In this document: positions 50,768 to 58,468 of the stretch, piece by piece
How positions within the stretch are numbered: position 1 is the first letter of the stretch
Layout: every line of letters starts with the position of its first letter
Assembly (NCBI GenBank): GCA_049320885.1
Contig: JBMORA010000048.1
Span: 1 to 64,000 of the forward strand
DNA length: 64,000 bases
From: Thermodesulfobacteriota bacterium
GTDB lineage: Bacteria > Desulfobacterota > Desulfobacteria > Desulfobacterales > SURF-7
Direction of reading: 5' to 3'
The notes under the pieces: generated by a model
The model's database searches: none
What the model was told of the DNA's origin: nothing
What the model saw: the letters and a program-made list of their open reading frames with translations, nothing else
Made by a program: the position numbers and the translations under genes

Positions 50768-52660
50768 ATGGAACTGCTGTGGTTGATACCCGCCCTGCCC
50801 CTGACCGGTTTCATCCTCCTGCTCCTTCTTTCCTCGCGTCTTCCGCGGGTTCTTACCGGCGCCCTGGGGACGGCCAGCGTGGGTCTCGCCGCCCTGACCA
50901 CGTTCTGGGTGGCCGCGGACTTTCTGTTCGCCAGGCCCCGGCCAGCCGTTTTCACCCAGCGGCTCTGGACCTGGATGGCGGTGGACCGCCTGCACCTCGA
51001 GATCGCTTTTCATCTGGACGCCCTGACCCTGATCATGATGCTGGTGATCACCGGCGTCGGCTTCTTGATCCATCTGTACTCCGTGGGATACATGGCCGGA
51101 GACAAGGGGTATGCCCGCTTTTTCGCCTACATGAACCTGTTCGTGGCCGCCATGCTGGTGCTGGTGCTGGCCGACAGCCTGCCCCTGCTCTATTTGGGCT
51201 GGGAGGGAGTCGGTCTGTGCAGCTATCTCTTAATCGGTTTCTGGTACGAAAATCCAGCCAACGGTTACGCCGCCAGAAAAGCCTTCGTGGTCACCCGGGT
51301 GGGGGATACGGCCATGGCCGTCGGCCTCTTCGTTCTGTATGACTGCTTCGGCGTCCTGGGGATTCAGGACGTCATGAACCATGCCGCCGCCGCCTGGCCG
51401 ACGGGATCGGTCACGGCCGTGGCAGTGGCTCTGCTGCTGCTGGGAGGAGCGGTGGGAAAATCCGCCCAACTCCCCTTACAGACCTGGCTGCCGGACGCCA
51501 TGGCCGGCCCCACGCCCGTCAGCGCCCTCATCCACGCCGCCACCATGGTGACCGCGGGCGTCTATCTCCTTGCCAGGACCCATGTGATCTTCCTGCTGGC
51601 GCCGGCGGTCCTGAACCTGACGGCCTGGATCGGCGCAGCCACCCTGCTGCTGGCCGGGTTCAGCGGACTGGTTCAGAGGGATATCAAGCGCGTCCTGGCC
51701 TACTCCACCATCAGCCAGCTCGGCTACATGTTCCTGGCCCTGGGGATCGGCGCCTGGTCCGCGGCGATTTTCCACCTGATGACCCACGCATTTTTCAAGG
51801 CCCTGCTCTTTCTGTGCGCCGGAGCGGTGATCCACGCCCTGGGCGGTGAACAGGACATGTACCGCATGGGCGGTCTGAAAGCAAAGCTGCCGCTGACGTT
51901 CTGGACCTTCCTCGTCGGCGCGGCCTCCCTTTCTGCCCTGCCGCTGATCACGGCCGGCTTTTACAGCAAGGACATGATCATCTGGGAGTCTTATGCTTCC
52001 CCCATGGGCGGTCCGGGCTTGTGGACGGCCGCTGTCGCGGGCGCCCTGCTCACCTCTCTTTACACCTTCCGCATGGTATGGCTCACCTTCGCGGGACCGG
52101 TCCGCACACCGGTGCATCATCCCCCGGGTACCGCCATGACCCTGCCCCTGCTGGCCCTGGCGGCCCTGTCCCTGTTTTCCGGATTTCTGGAAGTTCCCAA
52201 AACCCTGGGAGGCCCGCACCTGCTCTCCGGTTTCCTGCACGCCTGTCTGCCGCCGACCCTCCTGGCCCCGCAGCGGGAAAGCCAGGAAGCCCTGTTTGAA
52301 CTGATTTCCGCGGGTGTTGCGCTGCTGGGCATCCTGTGGGCCTGGCGACTCTACCGGCCCGCTTCCAGGGCCCTTCCCGAGAATCCGCCGGTATCCCCCC
52401 TGCCCGTGTTCCTGCGTAATTTCTGGTTCGGCGGCTGGGGTTTCGATCGCCTGTATGACTTTTTGCTGGTAACGCCTTATCTGACCCTGGCCCGGATCAA
52501 CCGAAACGACGTCATCGACGGCGCGTTTACGGCTCTTTCCCGGCTCGGCAAAACCGGGCACCGGAACCTTGCCCGGACCCAGAACGGACGCCTGCGCACC
52601 TATGCATGGGGCATCGGCATGGGCGCAGCGGCCGTCATCGCAATGGTGGTGCTCTTATGA
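50768..52660 (+). CDS. nuoL: NADH-quinone oxidoreductase subunit L
   Basis: IHLYSVGYM, GWEGVGLCSYLLIGFW, GKSAQLPLQTWLPDAMAGPTPVSALIHAATMV. Confidence 0.97.
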   Translation: MELLWLIPALPLTGFILLLLLSSRLPRVLTGALGTASVGLAALTTFWVAADFLFARPRPAVFTQRLWTWMAVDRLHLEIAFHLDALTLIMMLVITGVGFLIHLYSVGYMAGDKGYARFFAYMNLFVAAMLVLVLADSLPLLYLGWEGVGLCSYLLIGFWYENPANGYAARKAFVVTRVGDTAMAVGLFVLYDCFGVLGIQDVMNHAAAAWPTGSVTAVAVALLLLGGAVGKSAQLPLQTWLPDAMAGPTPVSALIHAATMVTAGVYLLARTHVIFLLAPAVLNLTAWIGAATLLLAGFSGLVQRDIKRVLAYSTISQLGYMFLALGIGAWSAAIFHLMTHAFFKALLFLCAGAVIHALGGEQDMYRMGGLKAKLPLTFWTFLVGAASLSALPLITAGFYSKDMIIWESYASPMGGPGLWTAAVAGALLTSLYTFRMVWLTFAGPVRTPVHHPPGTAMTLPLLALAALSLFSGFLEVPKTLGGPHLLSGFLHACLPPTLLAPQRESQEALFELISAGVALLGILWAWRLYRPASRALPENPPVSPLPVFLRNFWFGGWGFDRLYDFLLVTPYLTLARINRNDVIDGAFTALSRLGKTGHRNLARTQNGRLRTYAWGIGMGAAAVIAMVVLL

Positions 52661-54228
52661 TGCTTGCATGGCTCGTCCTGATACCGGTATGCGGCGGCAT
52701 CCTGGCCTGGACCCTGGACCGCCGGTTTCCGGGATCGGCCCGCTGGATATCGCTGATCACAATGCTGATGGACCTTGTGCTGTCGGTTTCCCTCCTGCCC
52801 GCCCGGCCGGCTGTCGACGCCGTGGCCGGCCCCTTTCTGACCTCCGTGGATTATCCCTGGATTCCGGCCCTCGGTATCCGCTTCCATCTCGCCATGGACG
52901 GACTCAGTCTGGTGCTGGTGCTGCTCACTCATTTTCTGGGGATCGTGGCCATCGCCTCCTCCTGGACCGAAATTGAACACCGGGCCGGCTTTTTCTTTTT
53001 CAATCTGTTGTGGGTCCTGGCCGGGATCATCGGTGTCTTTTTGGCCCTGGATCTGTTCCTCTTCTACTTTTTCTGGGAAATGATGCTGATTCCCATGTTT
53101 TTCCTGATCAGCGTTTTCGGGCATGAAAACCGGGTTTACGCCGCCGTCAAGTTTTTCCTTTTCACCCAGATCAGCGGCCTCCTCATGCTGCTCGCCATCC
53201 TGGGATTGTATTTCATCCACGGCCGCCATACCGGGCATTATACCTTCAACTATACGGAACTCCTCGGCACTCCGGTTGCCGGCATCACGGGGATCCTGCT
53301 CATGCTGGGATTCTTCACGGCCTTCGCGGTCAAGCTTCCGGCCGTTCCGGTCCACACCTGGCTTCCGGACGCTCATACCGAGGCGCCCACCGCCGGCAGC
53401 ATCATCCTGGCGGGTCTCCTGCTGAAGACCGGAGCCTATGGCATGATCCGCTTCGTGATCCCCCTGTTTCCGGAAGCCGCGGCTTTTCTGGCGCCCGCGG
53501 TTATGACCCTGGCCGTGATCGCCATCCTGTACGGCGCCTTGCTGGCTCTGTCCCAGACGGATTTCAAGCGGCTGGTGGCCTACACCAGCGTCAGTCACAT
53601 GGGGTTTGTCATGCTGGGGATTTTCGCCTGGAATCCCCTTGCCCTCCAGGGCGCCGTCATGCAGATCATCTGCCACGGACTTTCCACCGGCGCGCTTTTC
53701 TTCCTGGCAGGGGCCCTCCAGGAACGCCTTCTCAGCCGGGACATGGGTCGCATGGGCGGTTTGTGGAACTCCGTCCCGCGCATGGCCGGAATGGCGCTGT
53801 TTTTCTCCCTGGCCTCGCTGGGTCTGCCCGGACTGGGGAATTTCGTGGCCGAATTCACGGTGCTGATCGGCGTCTACCAGGTGAACGGTGTCATGGCCGT
53901 TTTCGCCTCCCTCGGCCTGATCGGCGCCGCCGTGTATTCCCTCTGGATCATCCAGGCCGTTTTTCACGGTCCTTCCCCGCGGGAACGCGTCCTTGCGGAC
54001 CTCTCGCTTCGCGAAACCGCGGCCCTCGGCGTCATGCTGGCTGCCCTGGTCATTCTGGGACTCTATCCCCAGCCGGTTTTCCGGACCTCCCAGCCGGCCC
54101 TGGACCATATGTCCCGATTTGTTTCCAGCGCCGGAAAAACCGGCCGGGGAATCTCTCCGGCCGCGTTCCATCGTGCCGTCAACCCTCCGCCCGCGGACCA
54201 TGGAGGCTTTCGCCATGCATCGCCCTGA
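52657..54228 (+). CDS. nuoM: NADH-quinone oxidoreductase subunit M
   Basis: DGLS, FYFFWE, VKLP.VP.HTWLPDAH.EAP, AYTSVSHMG; ATG overlaps the nuoL stop (ATGA). Confidence 0.96.
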   Translation: MMLAWLVLIPVCGGILAWTLDRRFPGSARWISLITMLMDLVLSVSLLPARPAVDAVAGPFLTSVDYPWIPALGIRFHLAMDGLSLVLVLLTHFLGIVAIASSWTEIEHRAGFFFFNLLWVLAGIIGVFLALDLFLFYFFWEMMLIPMFFLISVFGHENRVYAAVKFFLFTQISGLLMLLAILGLYFIHGRHTGHYTFNYTELLGTPVAGITGILLMLGFFTAFAVKLPAVPVHTWLPDAHTEAPTAGSIILAGLLLKTGAYGMIRFVIPLFPEAAAFLAPAVMTLAVIAILYGALLALSQTDFKRLVAYTSVSHMGFVMLGIFAWNPLALQGAVMQIICHGLSTGALFFLAGALQERLLSRDMGRMGGLWNSVPRMAGMALFFSLASLGLPGLGNFVAEFTVLIGVYQVNGVMAVFASLGLIGAAVYSLWIIQAVFHGPSPRERVLADLSLRETAALGVMLAALVILGLYPQPVFRTSQPALDHMSRFVSSAGKTGRGISPAAFHRAVNPPPADHGGFRHASP

Positions 54229-55657
54229 TTTCATCGCCGTCGCCCCGCTGCTGATTCTCGCTTTTTTTGCCGTCGCCGTCATGCTGGCCATCGCTCTGCG
54301 CCGGAATCATGCCGTCGCCGTGTCTCTCAGCCTGACGGGCCTTGCCGCAGCCCTGGGAGTTCTGCCCTTTTCGGCGCCCCTGACTCCGCGCCCCGTGACC
54401 CCCCTGTTGGTCGTGGACGGCTTCGCCCTGTTTTACCTGGGCCTGATTCTTTCGGCCGCCGCCGCCGTGGTTGTCTTTGCCTGGGATTATCTCCGCCGTC
54501 TGGACGACCTGCCGGAGGAGTTCTATTTCCTGCTGCTGGTTGCAACGCTGGGCGCCGGCATTCTGGCAGTCTGCCGGCATTTCGCCTCCCTGTTTCTGGG
54601 GCTGGAAATCCTCAGCGTTTCCCTCTATGGCTTGATCGCCTACACCCGCGACCGGAATGTCAGCATCGAGGCCGGGTTCAAATACCTGGTGCTGGCGGCC
54701 GTTTCCGCCGCCTTTCTGCTGTTCGGCGCGGCCCTGATCTATTCGGAAACCGGCGCCCTGGATTTCGGCAGCCTGCTGCCCCTGTTTCAAGCCGGACCGG
54801 CAGGACGGCAATCCCTGATGCTCCTCAGCGGCCTGGGGCTGGTGATCACGGCCGTCGGTTTCAAGCTGGCCCTGACGCCGTTTCACATGTGGACCCCGGA
54901 CATTTATCAAGGGGCCCCGGCGCCGGTGACGGCCTTCGTGGCCGCCGTCTCCAAGGGCGCCGTGGCGGCCCTGCTGGTGCGCCTGTTTGCACCCGTGGAT
55001 CTGCATCAATGGGGCTCCCTGTTCGTTGTTTTCGCCGTCATGGCCGGGGCCTCCATGATTGCCGGCAACCTGCTGGCCCTCATGCAGGACAACATCAAAC
55101 GCATCCTGGCCTATTCCTCCATCGCCCACATGGGGTATCTCCTCACCGCCTTCCTTTCCGGCGGGCGGGAAGCCGTTCTGGTGGTGACTTTCTACCTCAC
55201 GGCCTACATCATCAGCATCCTGGGGTGCTTCGGGGTGATCGCGGCCCTGTCTTCCAGGGAAGGGGACGTTGAAACCGTCGGGGATATCCGGGGGCTTTTC
55301 CTTCGCCGCCCATGGCTGACCGGCGTATTCACGGCCATGCTGCTGTCCCTGGCCGGCATTCCGCTCACCGCCGGATTTATCGGCAAGTTTTTCGTGGTGA
55401 CCGTCGGCATTCAAGCCGCCCACTGGGTACTGGTCGTCATCCTGGCCCTCACCAGCGGCGTGGGCCTGTTCTACTACCTGAAGATCATCATCGCCATGTT
55501 TTCACCGGCGCCGGAGGAAGCAGTAGGCGTTTTTTTGAATCGGCCCGCGGCATCGTCCATGGTTGCCCTGACCTTTGCCGTTCTTTCCGCGCTGCTGCTC
55601 TGGCTGGGCGTCGGACCGTCCTGGCTCATGCGGATGATCGGGAAAATGGTGGGATAA
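54215..55657 (+). CDS. nuoN: NADH-quinone oxidoreductase subunit N
   Basis: EAGFKY, FKL..PFHMWTPDIYQGAP, KRILAYSSIAHMGY, GIPLTAGFIGK. Confidence 0.96.
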   Translation: MHRPDFIAVAPLLILAFFAVAVMLAIALRRNHAVAVSLSLTGLAAALGVLPFSAPLTPRPVTPLLVVDGFALFYLGLILSAAAAVVVFAWDYLRRLDDLPEEFYFLLLVATLGAGILAVCRHFASLFLGLEILSVSLYGLIAYTRDRNVSIEAGFKYLVLAAVSAAFLLFGAALIYSETGALDFGSLLPLFQAGPAGRQSLMLLSGLGLVITAVGFKLALTPFHMWTPDIYQGAPAPVTAFVAAVSKGAVAALLVRLFAPVDLHQWGSLFVVFAVMAGASMIAGNLLALMQDNIKRILAYSSIAHMGYLLTAFLSGGREAVLVVTFYLTAYIISILGCFGVIAALSSREGDVETVGDIRGLFLRRPWLTGVFTAMLLSLAGIPLTAGFIGKFFVVTVGIQAAHWVLVVILALTSGVGLFYYLKIIIAMFSPAPEEAVGVFLNRPAASSMVALTFAVLSALLLWLGVGPSWLMRMIGKMVG

Positions 55658-55711
55658 CAGCCCCACCCTTCCCGGTTTCCGCCGGACTCGTTCAGAAACG
55701 GAGAATCGATC

Positions 55712-57220
55712 ATGCAGAAAAAACATATACCGGTCATCGTGGGAATTTCCCAGTACACTCAGCCGAAGGATGCGGCCTGTCCGCTGGATCCACTGGGATT
55801 GATGGCCAGAACCGGCCGGGAGGCCTTTGAGGAAGCCGGCGGCGGCAACCTGTTGCGGCAGTGCGACACCATCCGGGTGATCAATCTGGTCTCCTACCCC
55901 TATGCCGACGCCTGCGGCGAACTGGGAAGAACCCTCGGGATCAATCCTGGAAAAACCGTATACGGCGGCATCGGCGGCAACAGTCCTCAAATGTTCGTCA
56001 ACCAGGCAGCCGCGGAGATCGCCGCAGGCAACAGCCGCGTGACCCTCATCGCCGGCGCCGAGGCAGCGGCTTCCGTACGCCGCTTTCAGAAATCGAACAC
56101 CGCTCCCGACTGGCCGGCGGGCGGGATCCCCCAACGGATCGACACGGACAACCGGGAAGGATTTTCCCCTTTGGAAAGCCGGCACAATTTTCTGATCCCG
56201 GCTTTTGCCTATGCCATGCTGGAAAATGCCCTGAGACATGCCCTGGGGCGCGACCTGGAAGATCACCGCCTTGCCATGGGCCGCCTCTTTGAACGCTTCG
56301 CCCGCGCGGCCTCCCGCAACCCCCGGGCCTGGGTCCGGGAAGCATATACAGCGGACGCCATCACCCTGACCGGTCCCGACAACCGGATGGTCTGTTTCCC
56401 CTACACCATGCGCATGATCGCCAACTACTTCGTGGATCAATCCGCGGCCATCGTCATGACCAGCGAGGAAACGGCCGATGAGATCGGCATCCATCCGTCC
56501 CGGCGCATATACCCCATGGGCGGAGCCGGCCTCTGCAACATCTGGAATATGTCACGGCGGGCGGATCTGACCGATTCCCCGGCCTTGCGCGAGGCCATCT
56601 GGCTGGCCCTGGATCAGGCCGGAATCCGGACCGAGGACATCGATTTCTTCGATCTGTACAGCTGTTTTCCCTCGGCGGTGGAGATCGCCTGCCGGGAGCT
56701 CGGCATCCCGGAAAACGACCCCCGGGACCTGACGGTCACCGGCGGTCTGCCCTATTTCGGGGGGCCGGGAAACAACTACTCCCTGCACGCCATCGCCGGA
56801 GTCGTGGAAAGGCTTCGCGCCAACCCGGGACAGAAGGCTTTGGTCACCGCCCTGGGCTGGTACAACACCAAATGGGCCGTCGGTATTTATGGCAGTCTGC
56901 CCGGTGCCCATCCATGGGAGGAATCCGATTATTCCGCCATTCAGGAACGCATCGACGCGGAAGCCCTGCCGGAACCGCTGGAAGCGGCCGAGGGGAATCT
57001 ATGTATCGAAACCTATGTCATCGGCCACGGCCGCGCCGGCGAACCGGACCACGGAATTGTCCTGGGCCGTCTGGAAAACGGCCGGCGGGCCTTCGCCAGG
57101 ATCGACGCAGCCCCCCGAATTCTGGAAGAAATGGAAAAAACCGAGCTGATCGGATTGTCCGGCAGGGTCCGGCATGACGGCGACAGCGGATACAATTACG
57201 TCACCATCGAAGGGTTTTGA
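55712..57220 (+). CDS. Thiolase-like protein (acetyl-CoA acetyltransferase superfamily, non-canonical type)
   Basis: PVIVG, GGNSPQ, VDQSAAIV, DLYSCFPSAV, TVTGGLPYFGGPGNNYSLHAI plus an extra C-terminal domain. Confidence 0.85.
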   Translation: MQKKHIPVIVGISQYTQPKDAACPLDPLGLMARTGREAFEEAGGGNLLRQCDTIRVINLVSYPYADACGELGRTLGINPGKTVYGGIGGNSPQMFVNQAAAEIAAGNSRVTLIAGAEAAASVRRFQKSNTAPDWPAGGIPQRIDTDNREGFSPLESRHNFLIPAFAYAMLENALRHALGRDLEDHRLAMGRLFERFARAASRNPRAWVREAYTADAITLTGPDNRMVCFPYTMRMIANYFVDQSAAIVMTSEETADEIGIHPSRRIYPMGGAGLCNIWNMSRRADLTDSPALREAIWLALDQAGIRTEDIDFFDLYSCFPSAVEIACRELGIPENDPRDLTVTGGLPYFGGPGNNYSLHAIAGVVERLRANPGQKALVTALGWYNTKWAVGIYGSLPGAHPWEESDYSAIQERIDAEALPEPLEAAEGNLCIETYVIGHGRAGEPDHGIVLGRLENGRRAFARIDAAPRILEEMEKTELIGLSGRVRHDGDSGYNYVTIEGF

Positions 57221-57231
57221 TCCCTACCGCA

Positions 57232-57261
57232 GCGGGAAAGGCGGGCCGGCGCCTTTCCCGC
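57232..57261. terminator. GC-rich hairpin between convergent genes (probable terminator)
   Basis: GCGGGAAAGGCG-ggccgg-CGCCTTTCCCGC, 12-bp perfect stem; no clear U-tract. Confidence 0.6.
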
Positions 57262-57268
57262 CACTCCT

Positions 57269-57757
57269 CTAGATAAACTTCAGGTATTTGCTCTTCACGC
57301 TGATCAGTTCTTCACTGGTCAGTTTCAGGCGGCCCGCCAGGGTCTGCGCGAAAATCCGGTACAGGATGTAATACAGGGAGGCTTTCTCGGATTCGCTCAA
57401 GCGGTGCATGCTGGTATTGTCGATGGCCAGGCAGACGACATCCTCTTCCGCATATACGCTGGCGGTTCTGGAAAACTCGCCCAACAGGCTCATCTCGCCG
57501 AAAATATCTCCCCGTTTATCCAGTACGCACAACGGCCTGCCCTTCTTGGTGACGCGGATTCGGCCGAAAATCAGGATATACAGGTTGCCGTCATATGTGC
57601 CTTCCGTGATGATCTCTTCACCGGTTTTGTATTTGCGAATTTTGCTGAAGGCCAGCAAACGCTGGAGATCATGATCGCTGAAAGGACTGAGCGTCGGGAT
57701 ACGCTTCAAATCCGGAATGATTTTCTGGTTTGTTCCCAATGAAATGGATTCTAGCAT
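57269..57757 (-). CDS. Stand-alone cyclic-nucleotide-binding domain protein
   Basis: IITEG..DGNLYILIFG, GDIFGEMS...RTASV; RBS GAGG. Confidence 0.9.
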   Translation of the reverse strand: MLESISLGTNQKIIPDLKRIPTLSPFSDHDLQRLLAFSKIRKYKTGEEIITEGTYDGNLYILIFGRIRVTKKGRPLCVLDKRGDIFGEMSLLGEFSRTASVYAEEDVVCLAIDNTSMHRLSESEKASLYYILYRIFAQTLAGRLKLTSEELISVKSKYLKFI

Positions 57758-57815
57758 GACGGCACCTCACTTGGTTTTGTATTCAATGCATGCCTTGCAT
57801 GTCGATTATTTCTTT

Positions 57816-57832
57816 ATCAAGTACTGTGCCAA
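57816..57832 (-). promoter_or_regulatory. Sigma54-type promoter
   Basis: Minus strand TTGGCACAGTACTTGAT (GG-N10-GA), 58 bp upstream of the cNMP gene. Confidence 0.6.
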
Positions 57833-58391
57833 CTCGAAGGGTCTGATTGAATCATATGTGATAACAGGCAACTTTCAGCGGTTGGCCCGTACGGAAGACG
57901 GGAAAGACCTGTTCACAAAAAAAGACAGCTACGGACGTGGACTTTATCTTTTTGTCAGCGATGTCGACTTGCATGAAAGTGAATCGAAAAAACTGTGCGC
58001 GGAATGCAAGCATTAAACACTCGTCGGTGTGCTATCATTTTTAGCTGTTAAAAATAAAAATGAGCCGGAAAGTTCTTGGGGATTCGACGGCCATCACGAC
58101 TGGCCGTGGTGGTACCGGCAGAGGATCTATTTCCTCGGCCATCTGTACGGGCCGGCCTGATTCGGCCCCGGAACGAATCATTCATACTAATTCCATCCGA
58201 AAATTTTTAGTTCAATGCCCCACCCCCGAGCTAACCGGCTGATCGCGACGGCTGATTATACAATATTATATAATTTTTTAGAGATTTATATTGTAAATGG
58301 AATTATTCCGGCGGGCCGCCGTTATTAGCTGAAATGAACTATTTCATCCATGGTTAATTTTTGCTAACTTATTGTTTTTTTTATGAATATC

Positions 58392-58420
58392 TTGACAAAC
58401 CTCCGCTTTGTCATTATAAA
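58392..58420 (+). promoter_or_regulatory. Sigma70 promoter with overlapping palindrome
   Basis: TTGACA-N17-TATAAA; inverted repeat TGACAAA-N7-TTTGTCA (58393-58413). Confidence 0.7.
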
Positions 58421-58468
58421 GCAACTCCTTTCAACAAATCGTTAAAAAAAGGGTAGAGCCGATAACGC

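Noticed and set aside
57840..58390. Long intergenic region with small ORFs (57717-58016, 58060-58242)
   Set aside because: No RBS or motif support; better explained as divergent promoter and enhancer DNA.
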